The position numbers and the translations under genes are program-made. A stretch of 64,000 nt of DNA from Patescibacteria group bacterium (GTDB lineage Bacteria > Patescibacteriota > Patescibacteriia > Magasanikbacterales > GWA2-37-8). Below, piece by piece: positions 27,668-36,414 of the stretch. Location: NCBI GenBank assembly GCA_028705565.1, contig JAQWDH010000005.1, forward strand, positions 5,803 to 69,802, read 5' to 3'. The notes under the pieces are model-generated. The model ran no database searches, was not told the origin of the DNA, and saw only the letters and a list, made by a program, of their open reading frames with translations. Every line of letters starts with the position of its first letter. Position 1 is the first letter of the stretch.

Positions 27668-27797
27668 TAATATAAATTTAATTTTTAATTCTCTAGTAGA
27701 GGTTTCTAAAAACCTCTTAATGGGGATAATCGTAATTATTGCCGCGATTATTGTGATGGTCGCGGTAATAACTATCATGGAAAAAATTAAAAATTAA
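27654..27797 (+). CDS. Small single-TM protein 4 (47 aa)
   Basis: GAGGAGG RBS; MPPNNNINLIFNSLVEVSKNLLMGIIVIIAAIIVMVAVITIMEKIKN. Confidence 0.7.
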   Translation: MPPNNNINLIFNSLVEVSKNLLMGIIVIIAAIIVMVAVITIMEKIKN

Positions 27798-27802
27798 ATA
27801 AC

Positions 27803-27833
27803 AAAAAGCGAGCCAAGGTCGGCTCGCTCTTTT
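27803..27833. terminator. Bidirectional intrinsic terminator
   Basis: AGCGAGCC/GGCTCGCT stem with A-run before and T-run after, between convergent genes. Confidence 0.8.
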
Positions 27834-27842
27834 AATTATATT

Positions 27843-29111
27843 TTAAAATTTTATCGCTTTCGCCACTCTGTCTATCGCCAACGCGAACGCGGCTGTCCGC
27901 ATATCAACACCGTGTTTTTCTTTCATCTCCCAAATTTCAGCGAAAGCTCCTGTCATTTTTTCTTCCAATTTTTTCAAAACTTCCACTTCGGTCCAATGTT
28001 CATTTTTAAGATTTTGTTCCCACTCAAAACAGCTTACGGTAACTCCTCCGGCGTTCGCGAGCACATCCGGAACGACTGTTATGCCTTTGGCTTTTAAAAT
28101 TTCATCGGCTTCCGGAGTCGTCGGACCGTTCGCCATTTCCATAATGGCTTTGGCTTTGACGCGCGGAGCGTTATCCGCCCTGATTTGATTTTCCAAAGCG
28201 GCCGGCACGAGAATATCAACATCCAATTCCAAAATTTCTTCATTGGAAATAAAACGGCACGGACCATCTTTGGAAATTTGATTGAGAGTGCAGACCGAAC
28301 CGAGGCAATAACACCCGAGCATCCCGCCGGCTTTTTTAATTTTTTCCGCTTTATACGGGTCAACTCCGTCTTCATTAAAAACTCCGCCTTGCGAATCGCT
28401 CAAAGCCACAATTTTAAATCCCATTTTATGTAAAATTTTCGCGACATAACCTCCGACATTTCCAAATCCCTGCACCGCGACTGTTATTTGCTTTCCTTCC
28501 CAGCCCATTTTTTTTACAAGCTCGCGCGCGCAATAAGCCCCGCCTTGTCCGGTCGCCGATTCCCTGCCTTCACTCCCGCCGTCCGCTATCGGCTTGCCGG
28601 TGACAACGCCCGGGTCGGAATGGCCTGATAATTTTTCGTATTCGTTTCTCATCCACGCCATTATTTTCGCGTTTGTGTACACATCGGGAGCCGGCACATC
28701 TTTGTCCGAACCGATTTCACGCCAAATTTTTTGGATATAACCGCGCGATAACCTTTCCAATTCGCCCTCTGATAAATCTTTCGGGTTCACAATCACGCCG
28801 CCCTTGCCTCCGCCCATCGGTATCCCGACTGTCGCGCATTTTATCATCATCCAAAATGACAAAGCCATAACCTCGTCCAAACTCACATTCGAATGGTAAC
28901 GAATTCCGCCCTTATACGGCCCCAGCGCGTTATTGTATTGCGAACGATAACCTGTAAAAACTTTTATTTCCCCATCGTCCATTTTTACCGGAATATAAAC
29001 GGTTAAAATCTTATCCGGATTTTTTAAAATTTCATGTATATTTTTATCCAAATTTATGACTTTTGCCGCTTTGTCCAGTTGCGACAAACAATTTACAAAA
29101 AGCGCAGACAT
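27843..29111 (-). CDS. gdhA: Glu/Leu/Phe/Val dehydrogenase (glutamate dehydrogenase)
   Basis: GPYKGGIRY, GGGKGG, DVPAPDV, VQGFGNVG, EMANGP, PDVLANAGGVTVS. Confidence 0.93.
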   Translation of the reverse strand: MSALFVNCLSQLDKAAKVINLDKNIHEILKNPDKILTVYIPVKMDDGEIKVFTGYRSQYNNALGPYKGGIRYHSNVSLDEVMALSFWMMIKCATVGIPMGGGKGGVIVNPKDLSEGELERLSRGYIQKIWREIGSDKDVPAPDVYTNAKIMAWMRNEYEKLSGHSDPGVVTGKPIADGGSEGRESATGQGGAYCARELVKKMGWEGKQITVAVQGFGNVGGYVAKILHKMGFKIVALSDSQGGVFNEDGVDPYKAEKIKKAGGMLGCYCLGSVCTLNQISKDGPCRFISNEEILELDVDILVPAALENQIRADNAPRVKAKAIMEMANGPTTPEADEILKAKGITVVPDVLANAGGVTVSCFEWEQNLKNEHWTEVEVLKKLEEKMTGAFAEIWEMKEKHGVDMRTAAFALAIDRVAKAIKF

Positions 29112-29144
29112 AAAAAAACAACACTTAAAAATTATAATAAATTT

Positions 29145-29471
29145 TTAACCGTTAATATATTTTTCAATCATCTCTTCCAATTTTTCTTTCGGCACGCCGC
29201 CGACAATTTGGTCAACCGGCTCTCCGTTTTTGAAGATTGTAAAATTCGGAATGCTCATAACATTATACGCCACGGCTGTTTCACCGTTTTCATCCGCGTT
29301 GCATTTTCCAATTTTAATGTTTTTTCCTTCGTATTTTTCCGCCAATTCCGCCACTATCGGTCCCATCATTTGGCATGGTCCGCACCACGTCGCCCAAAAA
29401 TCAACAAAAACCGGAACCGATGAATTTAAAACTTCTTCTTTAAAATTCGCGTCGTTGAATATATACTCCAT
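29145..29471 (-). CDS. trxA: Thioredoxin
   Basis: VDFWATWCGPC, VMSIP. Confidence 0.97.
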   Translation of the reverse strand: MEYIFNDANFKEEVLNSSVPVFVDFWATWCGPCQMMGPIVAELAEKYEGKNIKIGKCNADENGETAVAYNVMSIPNFTIFKNGEPVDQIVGGVPKEKLEEMIEKYING

Positions 29472-29492
29472 ATTAAAAAATAATTTATATTG

Positions 29493-29516
29493 ATTGTCAT
29501 TCCTCGGGATGACAAT
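29493..29516. repeat. Collapsed family A element (termini only)
   Basis: ATTGTCATTCC-TC-GGGATGACAAT. Confidence 0.75.
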
Positions 29517-29556
29517 TTTTTGAAAGAATAATTTATATTATTTGTTAATATATTTT

Positions 29557-31575
29557 TTAATTTCGCAACACGAGTTTTTTGAATTTCTTTTCTTCTTTAA
29601 ACGCTTCCAAAACATCGCCAATTTCCAACTTTGTTTTGCCGATAAAATTCGCTCCGCACTCGCTTCCTTCCGGCACTTCGCTCATCGCTTGCTGGCCTAT
29701 TTGCAGTTTGGCTATCTGCCCCTTTCCTATAATTTCTCCGCTTCGTTTCACTCTTGCTTGGCAATCTTTAATCAGTTTCCCGTCTTCCACTCTGCCGCCA
29801 ACTATCATTGAGCCGCTTTCAGCTCGAAAAATGGCGACAATTTTTAAAATGCCAAACTCTGTAACCACCAATTCTGGAATCAACAATTTTTCCAATTCTT
29901 CTTTTACAAAATCCAACAAATCATAAATTATATGAAATTCTTGAAAATTAATTTCTGACTCTTCCATCATTTCTCTCGCATTCGCAGGAGCGATAACATT
30001 AAATCCTAAAATCAGCGCCTTACCCGCAACCGCCGTAGAAACATCGTCGGCGGTTATATTGCCCAAACCTTTACCGACAACTTTTATGCCGACCTCGCCG
30101 TGTTGAATTTTACCCAAAGAACCAACAATCGCTTCCAATGACCCGAGCACATCGGCTTTGACTACAACATTAAGATAAATTTTTTCACTTTCTTTGTCTT
30201 GTTCAATCGCAATAGCCGATTGTTTTTCCGCGCCTGTTTGTTTTATTTTTTTCACTCTAACGTCCACTTGCGTCGCGTTTTCCGCGGAACCCACATCAAG
30301 CACATCGCCGACTTGCGGAGCGACTTTAAATCCGAGAATCCGCGCCGGACAACTTGGAGACGCTGTTCGCAAAACCTCGCCTTTATAATTTTTCATTGCT
30401 CTTACTTTTCCGTAAATTTCTCCGTTTATAACTAACGGGTCGTTAATGTTTAAAGTTCCGGTTTGAACCAAAATCGTGGCAACCGGCCCTTCGCCTTTAT
30501 CAACATGCGCTTCAATAATCGTTCCGGCCGCTGGACGGTCGGCATTAGCTTTTATATTTTCCGCGTTCATATCCCCGACCAAAAGCAGTGTGTCCAAAAG
30601 TTTGTCTATATTTAATTTTTTCAAAGCGGAAATTTCCACCATTGGCGTATCCCCTCCCCAATCATCACTCAAAACATTGTATTGGGACAAATCGGCTTTT
30701 ACTTTTTTAACATCCGCGCCTTCCTTGTCCATTTTATTAATCGCCACGACCATTGGTAATTTGGCGGCTTTTATAATGTTAATCGCTTCCACTGTTTGCG
30801 GTTTAACGCTGTCATCTGCTGCCACAACCAAAATGGCGATGTCCGCGACTTTCGCTCCTCTGCTTCTCATCACAGTGAAGGCCTCGTGTCCCGGAGTGTC
30901 AATAAATGTAAGCGGGGTGATTTCTTTTGTTTTCGGATTAGTCCACATCACCTGATACGCGCCTATATGCTGTGTGATTCCTCCGGCTTCCTGCGCCACG
31001 ACATTCGCGCTGCGGATGGCATCCAATAATTTCGTTTTGCCGTGGTCCACGTGCCCCATTACGACTACAACCGGCGGACGCGAAGATTTTCCTTCGTCGT
31101 CTTCGGACAAAATCTTTTCCAAAGCTTCCGTGTGCGCCGCGAGTTCAATGCTATTTTCTTTTTTGCTTTCGGTTTTAAAACCGAATTCCTGCGCGATAAG
31201 CGCGGCAGTATCGTAATCTATATTTTCATTTTGATTCGCCAGCACTCCGTTTTTGATAAGTTCCATTATAACTTTTGTCACAGGAATTTGCATCAAATCG
31301 GCCAAAACGCGCACGGTTACGGTTTGTGGAATAACAACCGTCGCCCCACTCTCCCCTCTTACTTTTTTTTCAAGCTCTTTTTGTTTTTCTTTTTCAATGA
31401 TTTCCCTTTTATCAAGCGTCGCTTTAATGTTTCTCCACGCGCGCCGTATCTGTTCCGCCACCCTGTCGTCAATTTTTACAGCCCTTGCGCCGACATCATA
31501 ACCGAACTCCGGCAAAATTTGCAGGAGCTTTTGTGGATTTACTTTTAATTGTCTGGCTAATTCCGATACATTCAT
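29557..31575 (-). CDS. infB: Translation initiation factor IF-2
   Basis: RPPVVVVMGHVDHGKT, EAGGITQHIGAY, DTPGHEAF, INKMD; start at MNVSELA. Confidence 0.98.
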   Translation of the reverse strand: MNVSELARQLKVNPQKLLQILPEFGYDVGARAVKIDDRVAEQIRRAWRNIKATLDKREIIEKEKQKELEKKVRGESGATVVIPQTVTVRVLADLMQIPVTKVIMELIKNGVLANQNENIDYDTAALIAQEFGFKTESKKENSIELAAHTEALEKILSEDDEGKSSRPPVVVVMGHVDHGKTKLLDAIRSANVVAQEAGGITQHIGAYQVMWTNPKTKEITPLTFIDTPGHEAFTVMRSRGAKVADIAILVVAADDSVKPQTVEAINIIKAAKLPMVVAINKMDKEGADVKKVKADLSQYNVLSDDWGGDTPMVEISALKKLNIDKLLDTLLLVGDMNAENIKANADRPAAGTIIEAHVDKGEGPVATILVQTGTLNINDPLVINGEIYGKVRAMKNYKGEVLRTASPSCPARILGFKVAPQVGDVLDVGSAENATQVDVRVKKIKQTGAEKQSAIAIEQDKESEKIYLNVVVKADVLGSLEAIVGSLGKIQHGEVGIKVVGKGLGNITADDVSTAVAGKALILGFNVIAPANAREMMEESEINFQEFHIIYDLLDFVKEELEKLLIPELVVTEFGILKIVAIFRAESGSMIVGGRVEDGKLIKDCQARVKRSGEIIGKGQIAKLQIGQQAMSEVPEGSECGANFIGKTKLEIGDVLEAFKEEKKFKKLVLRN

Positions 31576-31712
31576 GTTATTTAAACTTAAAATGATTTGT
31601 AAAATCAATTCAATCAAATTAAGTATAAATTAAATAAAACGAAAAGTCAATAATTTGTAATGGGTCAAGACATCTGACACGCTTTTCCAACGGCACAAAC
31701 AATTGTCTAAAT

Positions 31713-31741
31713 TTGACACAAAAACAAATAGGTGCTACTAT
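31713..31741 (+). promoter_or_regulatory. Sigma70 promoter upstream of the rny leader
   Basis: TTGACA-17 bp-TACTAT with extended TG. Confidence 0.7.
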
Positions 31742-31772
31742 TTACATAGTAAATTTTATTATTAACTTGATC

Positions 31773-32056
31773 TTTGAGGGATTAAGGAAAGCGAAAAACG
31801 CGAAATTTGGCTGAAAATGGTGTTTTTCGGAAGCATTGGCACAGCGTAAACGGCTTAAAAATATGGTTAATTTCGTCTCTAATTTTAAAAAAACATATAC
31901 TTCTTCCGCGCTTGTTATTTTCGGACGATTCGTAAAAATTTTTGAGACAAAGACCCGTTAAAAAGGCCTGTTTTTCGTTATATTATTATTTTGAATTAAA
32001 AGCGTTTTACAGCTTTTTATTCCTTAATGCGCCCTCAAAATCTTTTGAGGTTTTTT
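31773..32056 (+). ncRNA. Candidate structured RNA (6S-like or attenuator) upstream of rny
   Basis: 5' TTTGAGGG/ATTAAGGAA/AAAACGC complementary to 3' GCGTTTT/TTCCTTAAT/CCCTCAAA; followed by CCTCAAAA-TC-TTTTGAGG-TTTTTT. Confidence 0.5.
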
Positions 32057-32059
32057 ATT

Positions 32060-33595
32060 ATGGAAACTATATTTATTACAATCGCGGTGGTCGCCGTTGT
32101 TGCTGGAATGGGCGTTGGCATCGCTTTGGGTTATGTTTTGCGCAAAAAAATAGCTCAGGCGCAGGCCAACTCTATTGAAGCCAAAGCGGAAAAAATACTC
32201 ACTGACGCGAAAAACAAACAACAGGAGTATATTATTGAGGCAAAAGAAAAAGCGAATAAAATCGTTGACGACGCAAAACGCGAAGAAAAACAAACACGCC
32301 AGGAATTACACGGGTTGCAACAACGTTTGGAACGGCGTGAAAATATGTTTGACCAAAAACTTATTGAGTTACAAGACAGGCAGCAAAAAATGCAAGAAAA
32401 AGTTGAACAAATAAACAAGGTGAAACAAGACATAGAACAACTGCGCGAACAGGAATTCGCGAAACTGCAAAATATCGCAGGCTTAAACAAAGAAGAGGCG
32501 CGCAATATTTTAATTAAAAAAGTTGAAGAACAAAGCAAAGAAGATTTGGCGATAAGAACAATGAAATTGGAAAAAGAATCGTCAGAGGTTTTTGAAGAAA
32601 AAGCGCGTGATATTATCGTGACGGCCATTCAACGTTGCGCGTCTTCGCATGCCGCCGAAACGACTTCCACTTTGGTTAATTTAACCAACGAGGAAATGAA
32701 AGGACGCATTATCGGCAAAGAAGGAAGAAACATAAAAACGATTGAAAAACTCACCGGCTGTGAATTGATAATTGATGAAACTCCTGATGTGATAACCGTG
32801 TCCGGCTTCTCCCCTATTCGCAGACAAATCGCGAAATTGGCTTTGGAAAAATTAATGGCCGATGGACGCATCCAACCCGCGCGCATTGAAGAATTCGTTG
32901 AAAAAGCCAAAGAAGATTTATCGCTTGATATAAAAAAATCCGGCGAAGAAGCGTTATACAAAACAGGCATCACGGGAATTGACCCAAAACTCGTAAGCAT
33001 TTTCGGAAGATTAAAATATCGCACAAGTTTCGGTCAAAATATTTTAAACCATTCAATTGAAGTTGGTTTTCTTTCAGCTTTAATAGCAACGGAATTAAAT
33101 TTAGACGCAGGTAAAGCAAAAAGATGCGGTCTTTTTCATGACATCGGAAAATCCGTTGACCACGAAACACAAGGCTCTCATCCTGAAATCGGACACATGA
33201 TTCTCAAAAAATTCAACATGGACGAAGATGCCGCGCAGTCAGCTCTTACCCACCACGCAGACAAACCGTATAATGTCTATGCGTCCATTGTTAAAGCCGC
33301 GGACGCGATTTCCAGCTCGCGCATTGGAGCCCGCAAAGACACCTACGAACAATTTATCGCGCGTTTGGAAGAATTGGAAAAAACAGTCAATTCTTTCCCG
33401 GGTATTGATAAAGTATATGCCATTCAAGCAGGACGAGAGGTGCGCGTTTTCGTAAAACCGAACGAAATTGATGATTACGCCGCGTTTCAAATGGCAAAAG
33501 ATGTGGCTCGCAAAATAGAACAAGAATTGCAATATCCTGGCGAAATCCGCGTCACGATTATCCGCGAAACACGAGTAATTGAATACGCGAAATAA
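32060..33595 (+). CDS. rny: Ribonuclease Y
   Basis: N-terminal TM, coiled coil, KH MKGRIIGKEGRNI, HD domain FHDIGK, YAIQAGREVRV. Confidence 0.97.
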   Translation: METIFITIAVVAVVAGMGVGIALGYVLRKKIAQAQANSIEAKAEKILTDAKNKQQEYIIEAKEKANKIVDDAKREEKQTRQELHGLQQRLERRENMFDQKLIELQDRQQKMQEKVEQINKVKQDIEQLREQEFAKLQNIAGLNKEEARNILIKKVEEQSKEDLAIRTMKLEKESSEVFEEKARDIIVTAIQRCASSHAAETTSTLVNLTNEEMKGRIIGKEGRNIKTIEKLTGCELIIDETPDVITVSGFSPIRRQIAKLALEKLMADGRIQPARIEEFVEKAKEDLSLDIKKSGEEALYKTGITGIDPKLVSIFGRLKYRTSFGQNILNHSIEVGFLSALIATELNLDAGKAKRCGLFHDIGKSVDHETQGSHPEIGHMILKKFNMDEDAAQSALTHHADKPYNVYASIVKAADAISSSRIGARKDTYEQFIARLEELEKTVNSFPGIDKVYAIQAGREVRVFVKPNEIDDYAAFQMAKDVARKIEQELQYPGEIRVTIIRETRVIEYAK

Positions 33596-33622
33596 TTATT
33601 GTGCTAAAGCCACACAACACTT

Positions 33623-33732
33623 CCAGCAGGGTCGAATGACCCTGCCAGCCAGGTCGCTCAATCCTGCCAGCAGGGTCGAATGATACTGCCAGCAGGGTCG
33701 AATGATACTGCCAGCAGGGTCGAATGACCCTG
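33623..33732. repeat. Five contiguous 22-bp direct repeats
   Basis: CCAGCAGGGTCGAATGA(CC/TA)CTG at 33623, 33667, 33689, 33711 and a degenerate unit at 33645. Confidence 0.93.
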
Positions 33733-33835
33733 TGGATAAGTTGTTTTGCCTTATTGTAGCGGAATAATAATAAGTATGGTAAGATAAGAAAGTAAAAGTC
33801 ATTATTTTATCTTTATAAAGAGAGGGGGTGAATTT

Positions 33836-34111
33836 ATGAACAAAGCAGAATTATCACAAGCATTAGCGGAAAAATTAAGCGCTTCCAAAAAAGAAGCCGA
33901 GGATATGATAAATGGTTTTATTGAAATCGTCACATCTTCTTTAAAGAAGGGCGAAGAAGTGGTTTTAACAGGTTTCGGCGCTTTCAGCGCTAAAATGCGC
34001 GCCGCTCGCGTAGGTGTTAACCCACAAAATCCTTCAGTAAAAATTCAGATCCCGGCCGTGAAAGTACCGAAATTTAAAGCAGGAAAGGCGTTAAAAGACG
34101 CTTTGAAATAA
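33836..34111 (+). CDS. hup: HU family DNA-binding protein
   Basis: MNKAEL, LTGFGAF, R.ARVGVNPQ, PKFKAGKALKD. Confidence 0.96.
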   Translation: MNKAELSQALAEKLSASKKEAEDMINGFIEIVTSSLKKGEEVVLTGFGAFSAKMRAARVGVNPQNPSVKIQIPAVKVPKFKAGKALKDALK

Positions 34112-34120
34112 TCTTCACCA

Positions 34121-34159
34121 AAAACAAAACATCCCGACCAAATCGGGATGTTTTGTTTT
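34121..34159. terminator. Bidirectional intrinsic terminator
   Basis: AAAACAAAACATCCCGA/TCGGGATGTTTTGTTTT 17-bp stem. Confidence 0.85.
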
Positions 34160-34255
34160 GTGTAGACGCAATGGGGCTAGGGTGGAACACCGTAGTTGAA
34201 ATAATCAAAGCGCGACTATTAAACGCATCCTTGTAAATTGCTGTGAATGTAGAAT

Positions 34256-35251
34256 TTATTTCTTATTTTTCTTTCCATTTAAATATCTCTTCATTGTTTT
34301 ATCAAAATCAGAAATAAGATTTTTGTTCTGTTCTTTTTTGTATTTTTCAAATTCTGCATTAGCCACCAGTACGGCTTGCTCGGCGCTTACTTTACCTGAA
34401 TTAACTAGAAGTTTTTTCTCGCTCAGTTTCAAAAAATCATCAAGTTTACCAATCCAGTCAGTCATTTTCATAAATCGACCGTTTGTTGCTTGTAATTCAG
34501 CAAAATCTAAATAAAGTGAAACAATTAAATTGAGTTGTTTTAGCTCGTTCTCCGACAAATAATTCTTGGCAATTTTTATATCTTGAGCGGTGACGTATTT
34601 ACCCTTGAAATTAGTTAGCCCCATCATCAGTTTTTTGCTATTCGCCCGATTGGCCACAATTTCTGCTGCCGTTTGTCCATGAACAGCAAAATGCATTTTG
34701 TTTTGAACAATAGCAAAAAAATCTTTTGTTAGTTCGTCGTCCTTTTTATAATCAATGCTAGTGGCGTAAATGTCGGTTACTTTTTGATAAAAATTGCGTT
34801 CACTACTCCGGATATCTCTAATTCTTTGGAGCAGTTCTTCAAAATAACGCGATTTATTATCGCCCTGTTTTAATCGTTCATCGTCTAACACAAACCCTTT
34901 TATAATATATTCCTTAAGCCGCTGTGTTGCCCAAATTCTAAACTGTGTTCCACGCAATGATTTAACTCGATAGCCGACGGAAATAATGATATCAAGATTA
35001 TAATAATTTGTCGGTTTAGTAGAAAATTCGGAATTTCCGAATTTTCTCATTGTTTGTGCTAAAACAAGCTCTTTTTCATCATAAATATTCTGAATGTGCT
35101 CATTTACCGTAGATTTTGATTTATCAAAAAGAACAGTCATTTCATCTTGGGTAAGCCAAACAGTTCCATCTTCCATTTTCACTTGCAGTTTTGCTTCCCC
35201 GTCATCAGTGGTGTAAATAATTATTTGTGACTTATGGTTGTTTTTTTTCAT
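34256..35251 (-). CDS. RhuM family (virulence RhuM-like) DNA-binding protein
   Basis: TVWLTQ, YYNLDIIISVGYRVKSLRGTQFRIWAT, RIRDIRSSERNFY, VQNKMHFA, IAKNYL. Confidence 0.92.
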   Translation of the reverse strand: MKKNNHKSQIIIYTTDDGEAKLQVKMEDGTVWLTQDEMTVLFDKSKSTVNEHIQNIYDEKELVLAQTMRKFGNSEFSTKPTNYYNLDIIISVGYRVKSLRGTQFRIWATQRLKEYIIKGFVLDDERLKQGDNKSRYFEELLQRIRDIRSSERNFYQKVTDIYATSIDYKKDDELTKDFFAIVQNKMHFAVHGQTAAEIVANRANSKKLMMGLTNFKGKYVTAQDIKIAKNYLSENELKQLNLIVSLYLDFAELQATNGRFMKMTDWIGKLDDFLKLSEKKLLVNSGKVSAEQAVLVANAEFEKYKKEQNKNLISDFDKTMKRYLNGKKNKK

Positions 35252-35380
35252 ACATTCATGAGAATTCAGGCATTATTTTGGTCATGCGCAGATATTGGAT
35301 AATGTTTATTATAATATACTTTTTTCGTTGTTTGTACATCAATTCAAAGTAAGTGCATCAATGGAACATAAAATCCGCTA

Positions 35381-35455
35381 TGGTAGCCCCAACGGGAATC
35401 GAACCCGTATTACCACATTGAAAGCGTGGTGTCCTAGCCATTAGACGATGGGGCC
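35381..35455 (-). tRNA. tRNA-Glu(TTC)
   Basis: GGCCCCATCGTCTAATGG...CCACG-CTTTCAA-TGTGG...GGTTCGATTCC...GGGGCTACCA; TTGACT-17-TATAAT promoter at 35507-35479. Confidence 0.97.
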
Positions 35456-35557
35456 AGAAAAAATTTAAAAGCGTAATTATTATATGTTATTTTTAATCAA
35501 AAGTCAAGGGATAACATTGACATTTGCTGAATTTTTTGATAAAATTATTTTAACTTT

Positions 35558-35631
35558 GTCAGGGTAGCTCAGATGGTTAGAGCACGGGATTCATAACCCC
35601 GAGGTCGGGAGTTCGATTCTCCCCCCTGACA
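35558..35631 (+). tRNA. tRNA with CAT anticodon, probably elongator Met (CCA not encoded)
   Basis: Paired acceptor GTCAGGG/CCCTGAC, TAGCTCAG D arm, TTCATAA loop, GTTCGATTC; TTGACA-17-TAAAAT promoter at 35517-35545. Confidence 0.93.
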
Positions 35632-35676
35632 CTAAAAATCGTTCTTTAAAATCTGCCGATTGGCGGAAGGAGGAAA

Positions 35677-36261
35677 ATGATGGAAGGAGAACTTATACGT
35701 GTTGGAGACGAAGTTATCATTACAATTCCGAAGGAGAATCGGGATTGGGGCTGCAACCCATGCCCTGATGGTTCAAAAGCGACCGTCCTCGGCTTCTCAG
35801 AAATCCACTATGGACGGCTCACAAATTGTGACATCAAACCCGGGGTGTACACCAACTACTATTGGGTGAAGCTACGTATAGAAGACGGCCGTGAGCTCAC
35901 GGTACCGGACCGCTTCCTTGAACTCTCTGACAAGTCCGTGTACGAACAACGGCTGGAGGCATTCCAAAAATACCAACGGGAAAATCCCGACAACTGGTAT
36001 AAAAACGAGGAATTTATTCGGGAACTTCCAGATACTCCATTCTGTGAAGGCGATCTCGTTTGCGTCCGTGACAGTTACTTAATCAGGAGCGCACGACGAA
36101 ACAACTTCCAAGTTATGGGGATTGACTATGACAGTAGAGAAAAAATAATGTATTGGCTCGCTTCCGACATATCGCATGTGAAGTCCTTAATTGTATATGA
36201 AGACGATATAGAGCTCGTCGAACACGGCTCTGTGTGGAAGAAGCTCCATAATAAAGAATAA
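35677..36261 (+). CDS. Hypothetical protein (possibly two SH3/KOW-like beta modules)
   Basis: AAGGAGG RBS; IRVGDEVII and FCEGDLVCV repeats; codon usage looks unlike neighbours. Confidence 0.7.
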   Translation: MMEGELIRVGDEVIITIPKENRDWGCNPCPDGSKATVLGFSEIHYGRLTNCDIKPGVYTNYYWVKLRIEDGRELTVPDRFLELSDKSVYEQRLEAFQKYQRENPDNWYKNEEFIRELPDTPFCEGDLVCVRDSYLIRSARRNNFQVMGIDYDSREKIMYWLASDISHVKSLIVYEDDIELVEHGSVWKKLHNKE

Positions 36262-36273
36262 AAAATTTTTAAC

Positions 36274-36303
36274 ATATTCGCCGATGATATCATCGGCGAA
36301 TAT
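36274..36303 (+). terminator. 30-bp perfect palindrome, probable terminator
   Basis: ATATTCGCCGATGATATCATCGGCGAATAT just after stop codon. Confidence 0.65.
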
Positions 36304-36414
36304 TTAATTTAATGTCAAAAATCATTTTCTTGAAAAAAATTCTACAATAAGTTATGATTCATTTAATAAACTCGCCACACGGTATTCGCGAGATTCTAAT
36401 AAACAAACTTTGCT

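Noticed and set aside
33623-33732. CRISPR array
   Set aside because: Repeats are contiguous with no unique spacers and no cas genes are present
34171-34190. TGGGGCTA as a possible att duplication of the tRNA-Glu 3' end
   Set aside because: Only 8 nt and in the opposite orientation to that expected for a direct repeat
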